Shown: positions 48,381-60,659 of the stretch, piece after piece | How positions within the stretch are numbered: the first letter of the stretch is position 1 | Layout: each line of letters opens with the position of its first letter | NCBI GenBank assembly: GCA_965603825.1 | Contig: CBFDEM010000015.1 | Coordinates: 186,001-250,000, forward strand | Direction of reading: 5' to 3' | Origin: Blepharisma stoltei ATCC 30299 | Lineage: Eukaryota > Protista > Ciliophora | DNA length: 64,000 bases | The notes under the pieces: model-generated | The model's input: only the letters and a program-made list of their open reading frames with translations | The model's database searches: none | Told to the model about the DNA's origin: nothing | Translations under genes and position numbers: made by a program

Positions 48381-48941
48381 ATGTCTCACGGAACTCCTCC
48401 CGTCACATACGGTGCTCGTCTTCAGCTACGTCATGAAAGCACCAATGCTATTCTCCGCTCTGATCCTATCAACTATACAACAGGGAGTGGCCAGCAAGAA
48501 GTTACAGCCAATAGAGTTGAAGATAAGAACTCGTGGTTTATTGTAAAAGGGCCTAATTATTTGGGCGATGGATGGCGCCAGCTTAAAGGGACTCAGGTCA
48601 TGAATAATAGTATTATCAGGCTCGAGCATATAGAGACTGGAAAAAATTTACACTCTTCGCCTGGAGTTCCATCACCATCATCTGGACAACAAGAAGTATC
48701 CGCATATGGCAACAATGGATATGGAGACGATAATGATGATTGGAGAATCGAAACTGACCACGATGCAGGAACTCCTTGGATTACAACATATCGTACTAGA
48801 CTAATTCATGTCAGGTCTGAATGCGCTCTGCATTCTCATGGGGGGCATAATAACCCTAGAGGTCAAGAAGTCACTGGATATCGTGAAAGAGATGAAAATG
48901 ACATTTGGAGAGTTTGGAATTACAATGATATCAATCCTTAA
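48381..48941 (+). CDS. MIR-domain (beta-trefoil) protein, SDF2-like, without signal peptide (186 aa)
   Basis: VTYG..LQLRH...GSGQQEVTA, IRLEHIETGKNLHS...SPSSGQQEVSAYG..G.GD.ND.W, RLIHV...LHSH...GQEVTG: three MIR repeats. Confidence 0.88.
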   Translation: MSHGTPPVTYGARLQLRHESTNAILRSDPINYTTGSGQQEVTANRVEDKNSWFIVKGPNYLGDGWRQLKGTQVMNNSIIRLEHIETGKNLHSSPGVPSPSSGQQEVSAYGNNGYGDDNDDWRIETDHDAGTPWITTYRTRLIHVRSECALHSHGGHNNPRGQEVTGYRERDENDIWRVWNYNDINP

Positions 48942-48951
48942 GTCATAATCA

Positions 48952-49398
48952 TTAATGGACTAAGCGATAAAAAAATTCGATAAATAGCCTAGATAAACAC
49001 AAAGGTCCTTTATTTGTGACATCCATCCTACAGGTATTCTTTTTCATATTTCCTTGCAGATCTATGAGCACCAGAGAAGGAATTCCTTGCCCTCTGTATC
49101 TTTGGATCAAAGCGGTTCTAATTTCAACTGCTTCATAAGGAATTGCGAGCCATCGCATTTCGTCATAATATTCGTTGAACTGCTCAATAGCACGATCTTC
49201 GCTGACGAAAACTATTTCAACCTTCCTTTCATCAAAATTGACTGATTCCTAAAACATTGAAAGCTTAGGTGTAAATCCTCTGCATGGTGCACAATAATGC
49301 GCAGAGAAGTGCAAAAGAATATACTTTGCCTTACCCAGTGTTGACGTACTAACGTTCCCGCTTTTTCCAATCAATACAGATCCTAATAATCTCTCCAT
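48952..49398 (-). pseudogene. Nucleoredoxin/tryparedoxin-like pseudogene 1
   Basis: MERLLG...[18 protein letters not shown]; in-frame TAG at 49249-49251 at the usual Tyr of FYESVN; EIVFVS.DR, WLAIPY, GIPSLVL; aberrant C-terminus. Confidence 0.8.
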
Positions 49399-49585
49399 TT
49401 ATAAAAGCAAGTTGCATCAAAATAAGTAAGAATTTCTATAGAGATCTTTTTTCTCAAAAGCATAATTTTTTAAAAATTGTTTTTTTTAATCTTATGTCGA
49501 AATTTTGATAAGAATTAGCAACAGAAATTGAAGATGAAAACAACTAGCCAATTAATAAGAAAGAAATAATATACTTAGTCAATTT

Positions 49586-50011
49586 TTAAGAGTTGAGTGC
49601 TGCGTCCCAGTCGGCCAAGCACAGAGGTCCTTTATTAGTAACATCCATTCTGCATGCGTCTTTTTTCACAACTCCTTCATGATTAATCAGCATTAATGAA
49701 GGGATTCTCTGAATCTTTGAGCTAATTCATTCCTTGTTGCAGATTCCGAATAAGGTACAGCAAGCCAAGGCATTTCGTCATAATATTCAGCAAACTGCTC
49801 AGGGGTACGGTCTCCGCTGACATACACAATTTCGACTTGCTTGTGCGCTGAATTGACAGAATCGTAAAAAAGCCGAGCTTCGGAGTGAAGCCTCTACATG
49901 GTGGACACCAATGTGCAGAAAAATAAAGTAGCAAATATTTTGCTCTCTAAGGCAGGAGATCGGCTGGTTGCCATTTTTTCCCAAGAGGACAGGTCCTAAA
50001 ATCGCTTCTAT
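49586..50011 (-). pseudogene. Nucleoredoxin/tryparedoxin-like pseudogene 2
   Basis: [33 protein letters not shown] and GPLCLADW lie in different frames (about three frameshifts); start codon reads ATA. Confidence 0.85.
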
Positions 50012-50026
50012 TATTTTATTATTTAA

Positions 50027-50683
50027 TTATACCTTAACAGTAAGGATGGTGAGTTTTTGATTCGGAGCTCCGAGCTGAATTATTGGGAAAAGTGGCCCTG
50101 AGTCAGTTTCATGCTGGTAAATTTTTCGCGTGTTTTTGAAAAAGTTGATTTGACTTTGTGAAGGGTCATATTCAATTTTGACAAGGTCGTCCTAATTAAT
50201 TTTCCATTGTTCAGCGTTATATGAAAATGTACCATATTGAGAATGTGTAAACCCTGTGCCTTCATAAGTCCAAACGTTTAAGTTGCAAGAGGAATCGAAT
50301 TTCACATTTGGAAGAGTTTTTTTATCAGCTAAAATAATGCCGCCAACTATTGTAAATTCAGAATTTTCACCTGCAACTTGAACCTCGATTGAAAGTTTTT
50401 TCTGTAAAGGAGAAATAAAAATTAAAGTAGATCATGATGAATGATTAGAAGGGGTTGAAATAACAGAGCCATTACAAGTTATTGATGCTGGGATTGCGAA
50501 ATACTTTCTAAGATCAAGATTTGGAGATGGAGATTGCTGAGTTGAGTCTGGAAGATTTGCAACAGATATGAATTCACAAGGCGGGACAGAGTTTGAAGGC
50601 TTGGTCTGAGGATTTACTTTTTGGCTGAGATCTGACAATTACAGAACTTGCAGTATTGCTTGAGATTTAGCAGAGCATCCCAT
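50027..50683 (-). pseudogene. SPRY/B30.2-like domain gene with MGC acylation-type N-terminus, interrupted by two in-frame stops
   Basis: Single 219-codon frame MGCSAKS...VWTYEGTG...DDLVKIEYDPSQSQINFFKN...GPLFPIIQL with TAA at 50639-50641 and TAG at 50192-50194; no frameshifts. Confidence 0.7.
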
Positions 50684-51217
50684 AATTCTTAAATTTATTA
50701 GTCAAGCTGTATATGATATAAACTAGAAAAAATTATTTGCCTAATTAAATCACAGATTAATAAGATTCTTTCCTTTACCAATTTACCAAAAAATTGATAA
50801 TTGAAATAAAATTTAATTTGTAAAAATCTATCTTATTTTCAATATCAATGGTTGCAATCGATTAAATATAAGAGGTGAAGATAAATGTTTTATATTCTTT
50901 TGGTTGGATATGGTTCATATAATTGTACCATCAATATGAGATCTTCCATAAATATTACTATCATGAATTGAAAAGGTTACCAAGTAAATGAAGGGATTTT
51001 TGGAAATTTTCTGTTTTAGTATGTACCAAACTTATAGTCTGATTCTCAAAAAAATTATATTTGAAGAACCAAAATAAAGCTTAAATTCTTAAAGTTTAAG
51101 AAATAATCATTAATTGAAATTTTTTAAGAGAGAGCTTTTTGTGCGAATAATATCTAGAGCAGCTAATTAAAAATTTTAAATTATTTTAATTTATATGTGT
51201 ATAGATTTTAACTCAAA

Positions 51218-51900
51218 GCTGATAGCATAGAGGAGTAATTTATTAATCTTTAAAAATTTTTGATTTCGTCAATAGGGTGCTAGCACGTGCTCGATTTATT
51301 TTTAATGATTCCGATTTTTAAAAATGTTTAAGTTTTCTGCTACAAAAATTAAAGAATTTTCAATTGTTTTATATTTAAGGAATTTTTTGTACTAAAAAAT
51401 TATTTTATTGATTTTTCTTTGGGATCAAAAATTTGCAAAACTAATCTATTTATTCCTGATATTTCAAGAAGGTAAAATCCAAAAAACATAGATAAAGAGA
51501 TTCAAAATGAGCTTTTGAGAAATAAATCCTTTTTATCATTAAAATATATTTTATTGCTTATTTAGCTATCACAATGCAGTTTGCAGTAATCTCTGCTCTG
51601 ATTCGTCTGATTTAGTAATGAGGTTAGGGATCAAGAAGCTACATCTAAATGAAAATCTAATTTTTATTAATGGCTTACTCACTTTATGGTGATTCATAGT
51701 TTCAAATTAAAAGCAATGAGTCCATAATAAAATTTATGTCAGATTTAAGCACTTAGAGACTTAAAAGCCTTCAATCATTACCGAAATGTCATTGCCATCA
51801 TCTAACAACAAAAAAGAAGATGGACGTAATAGGTATAGAGGTTAATCTAGAAACCAATAATTATTATTATTGAGTTCAAGAAAAATGAGATTATTTAAAA
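51218..51900 (+). pseudogene. Upstream module copy 3 plus heavily decayed MIR-gene copy
   Basis: 51218-51550 aligns with 47979-48350. Downstream ctctgctctgat..gatcaagaagctaca and agcacttagagact...ccatcatct..caacaa align with the intact MIR CDS; many indels. Confidence 0.65.
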
Positions 51901-52217
51901 ATGCTTTTATTTAGGCAAGCATTAAGTGTTTAACTAACAATTTAGTTGCACATTTACAAAATTATAGGGAGAGAATTTTAGAAATTGCCCTGTGTAAGCT
52001 CAGTTATAGTCTAAAATTCTAAACTATCACAAACTTTTTTCATTCATATAAATTTAGTATATAATTAAAATAAGTGCAAAAAAGAGAAATCTAGGAAGGC
52101 TTAATTTTAATTGTTTTTTTATTTCTAGGTCCTTATCATATAAACAGTAGTTTTTATCAGAGTGAATATTAAGAATTTGGAATAATTGTAACTATAAAAA
52201 TTAATGGTGTTTATAAT

Positions 52218-52313
52218 ATGAATCCCAATCCAAACAACCTTCCTATTGTTTATCGTCAAGCGGATCCATATTAATACAAGCTGTGCACTTCATTCTGATC
52301 CTATTCCCTGTAT
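52218..52313 (+). pseudogene. Further MIR-family 5' fragment
   Basis: ATG...LPIVY, then shifted-frame HINTSCALHSDPIP, matching HESTNAILRSDPIN of the intact gene. Confidence 0.55.
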
Positions 52314-52422
52314 AATTACTCAAAATAAAATAAATGTTTATATTTCAATATATAGAGCATTATATTAAAAATTATAATAAGATCATAAAATAAATGAAAA
52401 TATAAAGCTCTCACATTATTTA

Positions 52423-55400
52423 TTATTGCCCCCTTTCTCTATCTGTCAAAAAGATTGATCCCAGCAGAGATGTAAACCAGCCTTCGGACTCTTGAGGAAC
52501 TTGCGGAGTTTGCTGCTTTTCTGCTTGATGTTTTATTGCCTCAACAGTGTCTGTCACTAACTTTTGCATTTGTGCTGGCTCTTGAACTGGAATCAGTGCA
52601 TCTTCGTGCGGCATTTTATTTAATTTTTGCTCATTAATAATTATCTCTGAAAATAGCTGCTTTTCTTCGCTCTCGTTCTTTTTTTCTGGGTTTTTATTTT
52701 CTTCTATGAGATTTTCATAATACAGCTTTTGCTTTTCAAAGTCAGCTTTTAGCTCTTCTATCATTTTTTCATAGTTCAGCTTTTGTTTTTCAAGATTTGC
52801 AGTAGCATCTTGCTGCTCTTTCCATCTGCGCTCATATAAGTCTTCAATGTCTTTATTCATAGATTTTATTTCTTCAGATAGCTCTTCATTTTTTCTTTTA
52901 TAATCTTCCAACTCAGTGTTTGTATTACTTTTGGCTTTTAGCAATCTAACCTCTTTTTCATGTCCTGCATTTATTTCATTAATAGACTTCATTTCTTCTT
53001 TTAGGACTTTCAATTCTTGGTCTTTTTTATTCAGCTGATCTTTAAGATTAGATGCTGAACTTTGTAAATATGATATAGTTTCACTTTTCTTTGAATCAAT
53101 CTCCTTTACTTCTTTCAATTCTTTGCTTATTTCAAGATTTTTTCCCTGTAGATCATTTATCTCGTTTTTTAATAATACTATATCCCCACTTAAATTTTCA
53201 CCCTGCTCCTCTTTAATTTGTAAAATTTGTTCTTCATATTTTTCTCTTTCTTCACAGAGCTCTAAATCTTTGTAAGCTACTATTCGATTGAGCTCTTTGA
53301 TTAAATTGTTTTTTTCAAGTAATGTGTTTTCCAGCTCAGAAAGTTTGTCTTGGTTTAGTTTTAATTCTTCTTGAGTAATTGTGAGATTTTGTTGTAGCTC
53401 ATTTCTTTCTTTTGAAGCAGAAATTAAATCTTCTTCGGCTTGTTTGAATTGGCTCTGCAAAATTTCAAGTTCTTCATCTTTCTTTGAGATCAAGATGTTT
53501 TTATCTTCTTCTGCTTTTTCTAGGAGTTCTTGATTTTGGGCACTCCAATTATCTAGTTTGTCACTTAAATCTTTTGTTGTTGAAATATATGTCTGTTCTT
53601 GTGACCTTAGAAGATTGATTTCTTCGCTATATTTTTCGCATTCACCTGAAATTTGTTTGATTTTGCTGTTTAGTTCTTGTATTGTTTCGTTGCTTTCTAT
53701 GATCAAGTCTTTATTAGCCAAAATCTCTTCAGACAGTTTTGAATTTTCGTCTTTAAGGGTTTCCACTTCATTTCTTAGTTGCCCATTAGCTCCAATATAG
53801 TCATTAATAACTGAATTTAGATCTTCTACTTCGATTTCGTGGCTATCTTTTAATTCTATATTTTCTTTTAATAATTCTTCATATTGGCTATCAAGTTCTT
53901 GTATTTTTCTATCTTTAGATGAGATGTCTTCGATTAATAATTTATTTTGCTTGTCCAATTCGTCAAGTTTTATTTCATTTTCTGATAATTTTTCATCCAA
54001 TTCATTTTTTAAAGATTCCAAACTTTCTATAGCTTGTTTTTTCTCTTCTTCTACTTTTGCAAGTTCTTGACGTAAAGAAACTGAGCTTTCAAAGGCTGAA
54101 TTTTTATCTTCTTCAAGATTTTTCAGTTCTAATTCTAATTTCTGAGTGATCTCTTTAAGCTCTGATATTTGCTCCAACAGTTTTTTCTCGTTTTTTTCTT
54201 TTTCATCAAGTTCCTTTTTAGCTTCATCTAAGAGTTTGGTGAGCTCTAAATTATTTGCTTTTTCTTGTGAGATTGCTTCTTCTGATTTTTTCAAAATTTC
54301 TTCTATATTTACTTTAAGGCTATCAATTTCCAATGCTTGATTTGCAATATTTTCCTTTAACTCATTTATTTGTAAACTTAACTCAGAATTCTGCGAGATT
54401 TCATTAGACAACTTTTCTTCATAATTTTCACGTGTATCTTCTAAAATTTTGCAAAGATCTTCTTTTTCATTCTGGACCTTAAAATTAATTTCTTGAGCTT
54501 GGTTAATTTTATTCTCCTTTTCAATTATTTCTTTTTCAAGTCTATCTATTTTTTTAGCTATTTCAGCTATTTCTTTCTCTTTTTCCTCAATTATCATATT
54601 TTTTTCATTCAAACTCTCATTAATCTCACTATTTTCATCCCTCAACATATTAATTTTATCTTCTAATTCTTTTTCAATTTCTTTCATTTTTCTATTTTCA
54701 TTCCCTTTTATTTCATTTTCTTTATCTTTTTCTTTTATTTCCTCTTCCAGACTTTGCATTTTCGCAGCATTTTCTTCAGTTTCAAGCTTTAGCTTTTTTT
54801 CAGCTTCTGAAAGTTGGTGCTTTATATTTTGAGCCTCTTTTTTGCTTTCTATGACTAAAGTTTCCAATTTAACCTTCTCAGTTTCAGCTAACTGTAGCTG
54901 AGATTGCAGCTCCCTTATAAAATCTTCATTTTGTTCTGATAACAATTCCATTTTCAACTGATGTATTTCTAATTCCAAATTTCTCCGAAATACTTCGATT
55001 TCTTTTAATTTTTTGGTTGCTTCAAGAAGCTCATCTTCTGCTTGCTGCTGATCAAATATTGCTTTTTTCAGCTCAATATCAGCTTTACTTTTAGACTTGC
55101 TTAAAATGCCTATTTTTATATCATTTTCTTCAACCAAGTTTCTGAGATGCTCAAGCTCGTCTAAATCAACTCTATGCATCTCTTTTATTTGTGTGAGCTG
55201 CGATCTAAATGATGACACAGCTTGCTGAGCCCTTTGCCTTTCTTCAGTAAAATATTGCTCTTTTAGCTCATATTCATGCTTTTGCCTCTCAATTTGTTTA
55301 GAAAGCAGCCCAACATTTGTGTCTGTCTCATTTAGCTTGACATTTAAATTAGCAATTTCCAAATCTTTGGTAGCAATATTTGATTGAAACTGTAATTTTT

Positions 55401-56865
55401 CGTTTTCTAACTGAGCAATTTGCAGCTGAAGCTCATAAGGATCAGAGTCTTCAGACAAAAATACTGGGTCTGACGATTTTAGGCTAGAAATTTCTTTTGT
55501 TAATAAATTTATTGTATCTCTCATATTTTCTAAGTCTTCTTGGAATATTGATTTACTGTCTGCTTCTGTTTGCAGTCTCCAATTCAATTCTTGAATTTTT
55601 AATTCATTTTGTACCCCTAGATCACTTAAAAAAGAAATTTGCTGGTATAATTCTTCATTTATTGCAGAAAGTTCTTCAATTTTTTCACTTGATTTCCAGT
55701 TTAACTCCCATAGCTCCTCTTTAAGCTGATTAATAAGTTTTTCATTTTGTTTTATTTCTTCAGCCTTTGAGTCTTCTTTTAATTCACTTGGTGGACTTTC
55801 TGAGCCGCTATATTCTTTGAAGCCTGCAAGCGTGTTCTCTTCTTGTTTAGTTTCTTCTTTAGCCCCTTCATTTATTTGACTGATTTCCATTTTTTCACTT
55901 AAAGTCTCATAGTTTTCTTCTGGTTTTGGGTCTGACTTAAATCCTTCATCAAAAACTTCAGGCTCTTCATGGTCTGCTGGTTTATAGGTAGATTCATTAA
56001 ATGAGGACTGGCCAATTGTGTCTACATACATTTGCCTTCTTTTTTGAGATCCTGTAGCTGTAGTTATAAATCCTACGGGTGGAGGCTCCAATTCTTCTTG
56101 CTTTTCTTCTTCTTGTCCTTCAATGACCCATTTCTTCTTGGCTTTGTCATAATAAAACCCACCAGTGTTTCCTAATTTCATTTCTGGTGGCTTGTCTTCA
56201 GGCGCTCCTTTTGAAAATACGCCTGCGATTTTTGACATAAAAGATTTCGGCTGCTCAGTTTTTGGGGCTTCTTTTTTGATTGCTCGGGTTGGCTTGTGAA
56301 GCGGATTGGGCTTATTTATTTTAGGTAGATGGAAAGATGCAAAATCTGATATAAATTCATAGTCAGAGTTATTGGTATTTGTGTTTTCAATAATTTTCTG
56401 TCCTCTAAGATTTATATCACAAGCAGTCTGATTTTCGATAGGAAGGCTAGAAATTTGTAATTTCATTTCATTTAATTGAAAACTCCTGTCTGTCTTAGTC
56501 TGATTTTCGATATTTTGAACTTCTTTTATAGTGTCTGAAGGATGTTTTAGCATATTTTGGTTAGTTGAATGGAAATCTTCAATATTCTTTTGTTTTCAAT
56601 CAATAATTTGTTGAGGATTTTCTATCTGAGATTGAATAAAAGAATGACTGCCGTTATCACTTAAATGCAAAATCTCAACTGGTTCTGTGGCTGCTTCAAA
56701 GATTTTGTGCGCTTGCAATTTTATATTGTAATTTTCACTTTGACTTGCAAGATTTTCCATATTGTTTAGCTTATTTGTTTCACAAATATCTTGACCACCT
56801 TGATTTGATTTTGTCAATATACTTTCAGAAGCCATTAAGATTGATTTTAGTGAAAGGGACTTCAT
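52423..56865 (-). CDS. Giant coiled-coil, golgin-like protein (about 1480 aa) with a Sec16 C-terminal-like motif in its N-terminal part
   Basis: Track ORFs 56596-56886 and 52423-56553 are in frame via TGA. About 1000 aa of E/K/L/Q heptads; motif MKLGNTGGFYYDKAKKKWVIEG...PPP...MYVDT; C-terminus EGWFTSLLGSIF. Confidence 0.82.
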
Positions 56866-57605
56866 AATGGAAATATTAAAAATCAAAATGAGAGAAAAGA
56901 GAAAAGGGTAAAGAGTGTATTTTTATCAATTTATTTTAATTTTCGATTTTTAAATACCTAATAAATGCAATGCGAAGTTAAGAATCTCAATTTCTGCATC
57001 TCAAGAAGACAAAAATTTAGCAATAAGCTTAAATTTAGTTTAATTAAATTGCTTTTCTTACAAAATTATCTCCTATCAGAGAGAATTTAAAATTGAAGTC
57101 GCTTCATAGGAATTGCGTTTTTCTGTCAGTTATTAACTATGCATTTTTTTAAGTTTTGTCTAATGTTATAAGACACTAAAAATGATTCACTTGATTTAAT
57201 TTGCAATCCCCACGTAAAATTCAAAAAATCCTTTGTGTGTAAACAATTAATCTGATATTATTAAACTTGTTAAGCGATTATAAAATTTAATAGATCTTGA
57301 TAGAAGGAGTTTGGATGCCCATAGAAGTTATATATTTAATTAACTCTAAAAATCAAATATAATAATTTAAAGGAGTTATTGCTATTTTGCATATAACTAT
57401 TCAGATAATCCGCTAAACAATTATCACTTTGCCTGGATTTTATAGATTTTTATATTTCAGTTGCAGTATTGATCCTGCTTATCATAAACCAATTTCTTAT
57501 TAAATTGAGTCTCCAGCTATTAAGGCTCTGCTATTTGGTTTAATTTGATTCGTCACTCAAAATGAAAATCAATAAGAAAGTAGAACATATTTCAAACTAA
57601 TAATT

Positions 57606-60023
57606 ATGAACAATCCAAACCTGAGTGATCAGCCAGTTGGCAAGCTTCAGCCTAAAGATGCCTATTTTTTCTTTGCTTATCTTGCGAGCTTTAAAATAAG
57701 CACTCTTTTATACGTATACACACTGCAAGGAGGTGATGTAAAATATGTGACAGGCCATTTAGTCGATTTTGGAATTTGTTTAGCGATTTCTGTTTTATCG
57801 ACGCTTTGCCTTACAATTTTGCCTATCTTCTACTTTAGCCAAATAAATATTGCAGTAAAAATTGCAGCAATAGCGACAGGATGGCTCATTTTTATGGCCT
57901 CAGCAATTGCGGATTTGAGCACAACATTATTGCATCATGGGCAATATAATTTGACTGCATTTTTTATGTTTTGGACTATTTTGTTTATGATAACTTTATC
58001 TATCAAATTCTGCTTTTATGCCAAAAGGAATGTGGGACCTAAAAAGTTTTGAATTTGTGTAATTATCATAGCGTTATTATGGGTATATATTTGGGAAAGC
58101 AGAAGCGAAGTTGCGATTAAAAACTGAAATAAAACTTTAGGAGGAGATCATTTAGTGTATAAGTGGCCGCGTTGCAATATTGAATTAAGAGGGACTCCTT
58201 GGATGGCAATTTTACCTGATAGAACTATGAATTTCTTCATGGGAAGTAATGACTGTCCAAAAGTCAAAAAAATAGCCAATTTGAACAATGGAGTTCTAGA
58301 GATAGATTGTGACGAAAAATATGCTGAAATCATTGAAAACCCAGATTTTCTTTCAGCTCATACTGACCCGTTTATCATTGATGAAACTGGAATTGAAAAT
58401 TGGATTGCAGATTCAAAAGGACTAGAAAAAAAATACAAGGTAACAGGAAAATCAACTTTGAACATCACAAGTGAATATTTTCAAGTAAAATGTGGCAGCA
58501 CTGAGAATTATTTTGTTCAGAATACACCTATTGATGATGTAAAGCAAAGGCTGAACAATAAAACTTCAGAAATAAGCAGAATGAATTTATTGATTTTTCA
58601 AATAGATACACTTTCAAGAGCTCATTTTATGAGAAAATTGGTGAAAACAGTGAAAAAAATGGAATTTTTGAATTCTACTAATGAATATGATGTGTTTGAG
58701 ATGGTGAGACTTTCGACCATTGGATTTAATACTGAGCTCAACACAAAAGCTCTATATACAGGCTCTCAGTTGAGGCAAAATCGAAGTGGAAGACCAATCT
58801 GGGAAATTTTTCAGAAACAAGACAATGCTGTATTATACTTAAATGGCTTCTGTGAAGACTGGTCTTGGAGATTTCTAAAGAAAAAGCCTTATGGGATGGA
58901 TCATCTAGTCTTCAAGCCTTGGTGCCATCCTGCTTACCATCCTGTAAATACCACTTTTAGCAATTTTAACGGAGTCAACTCAATGAGAAGACGCTGCATT
59001 GATGGAAAACCAGTAAATGAACATTTATTCGGATATTTAAAGCAATTCTGAAACAACTACAAAGAATATGGGAAAATGGTTCTTTCGCCTCTTCAAGAAG
59101 CCCATGAAGCTAGCATGGAAGTCATCGCTACTCTTGACCCAGGACTCTCTTCTTTACTAGATTGGTTCTATTCAACAGGAAACCTCAACAACACAGTTCT
59201 CATCATAACAAGTGACCATGGGTCCCACATGTCTTTATATTACACTTTTTCTCAAGCTGGCAGAATTGAGCACAAAATGCCTGAAATTTTTATGATTTTC
59301 CCGAAATGGTTTACAGAGAAATATCCCCATATAAAGCAAGGATTACTTGAAAATAAACAAAGATTAATGAGCCATTATGATACCCATTGGACTATAAGAT
59401 CTCTAGCAAAGCTGCCTGAGTTTAGAGGGAGCCAATCGAATTATGATGAAAATTTAAATTCACACACAAGTCTATGGGACTGTCAGGCTAACGAAAAATA
59501 TATGAAGGATATATGGTATTTTAGAGAAAAAGAATTTTATAATGCAGATGGGTGGGATAATTTTGATAATCAGCTTCCCAATGTATTTACAAAACTTAGA
59601 TATTGCATTGATACATATGAGAAACCAGAACCTGATGAAGATCCAATGAAGCATGAGCTTCCAGCTGATAAATCAAGATTTCTTGGTTTTGATAAACCAA
59701 TTAAGTTGAATCTTGAAAATGTCCCTTCATGCAAAAGCAAGACTTGTTATGATGTGACAGTTTATGATGTGATTAAAGATTATGATTCTTATATCTGGCT
59801 TCTTGATGCTGCTTTTGACTTAGAAATGCAGTCTTGGATTAGTTCTGAAAATTTTATCAATAAAGCAGAAAATATAACACAAGAAAAATTAGCTGATATT
59901 GAAGCATGGGGCACCCTCCATGCTCCAGGTACTGGAAGATTTAGATTTGGATACTCTTTATTTAATTACACATCAGATCGAGGCTGTAAAGACATTGGAA
60001 GTATGGAATGCCCATGCTCTTAG
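57606..60023 (+). CDS. Membrane-anchored alkaline phosphatase/sulfatase-superfamily protein, DUF229-like (805 aa)
   Basis: Three in-frame track ORFs joined by TGA. About five N-terminal TMs; IFQIDTLSRAHF, IITSDHG, EHKMP, RLMSHYD.H.T motifs; terminal C...CPC. Confidence 0.8.
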
Positions 60024-60065
60024 TTTTAATTTTTAATATCATTTATTTTTAATATTAATTCCATA

Positions 60066-60641
60066 ATGAGATTACTCTATCAAACACCTGACGAAGGGGT
60101 TAAGGCGATCTTATTAGCTTTGAAATGGACTGGAATTAATGCATTAAAAAGAGTTGATGATGGGTTTATTGTCACCCTTCAAATAGAAGCTCAAGACCGT
60201 GTAGGAAATTTGATTGAGATAATGGGAGAGCTCAGCATTTTGAGATATATTATGGAACAATCTCCATTTAGAGGGGCATCAGATTTGCATCTTGAAGAAC
60301 GGATTGTTTACAGGCTAAAGCAGATGGTTACAGAAACACAAAAAGATACCATAAAAACAAATAAAGAACTTATAGCCGCAATTAGGAATTTAGAACAAAA
60401 TTTGAAAGGAGATTTTATAGGTGGAACGCACCCTGGGGTCGCTGATTTTTTGAGTTTTTCATATTTGATGCAATTTTTCGTAGGAAGTTCTTGGGCAATA
60501 AAGACATTTCCGCTTCTTGCTGAATCATATGCAAAACTCAGTGATACTTTTGGCCAAATTCAAGAAGAGCTGGGTGAGAAAGTGCAAGTTCTTAAAATTA
60601 AGAAAAATCAAGAAAATTCTAAGCCAAGCCAAAGTTCTTAA
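60066..60641 (+). CDS. GST C-terminal-like domain protein (EF1-gamma/Arc1p-N type)
   Basis: ELSILRYI and LEQNL..DFIGG.HP.VADF GST-fold motifs; 191 aa. Confidence 0.65.
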   Translation: MRLLYQTPDEGVKAILLALKWTGINALKRVDDGFIVTLQIEAQDRVGNLIEIMGELSILRYIMEQSPFRGASDLHLEERIVYRLKQMVTETQKDTIKTNKELIAAIRNLEQNLKGDFIGGTHPGVADFLSFSYLMQFFVGSSWAIKTFPLLAESYAKLSDTFGQIQEELGEKVQVLKIKKNQENSKPSQSS

Positions 60642-60659
60642 ATATTATCAGTTTATTAA

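Noticed and set aside
7261-51278. Recurrent intergenic ATAGGGT motif (7261, 7800, 47151, 48035, 51272)
   Set aside because: Three of five hits come from one duplicated module; too few independent occurrences to call a regulatory element.
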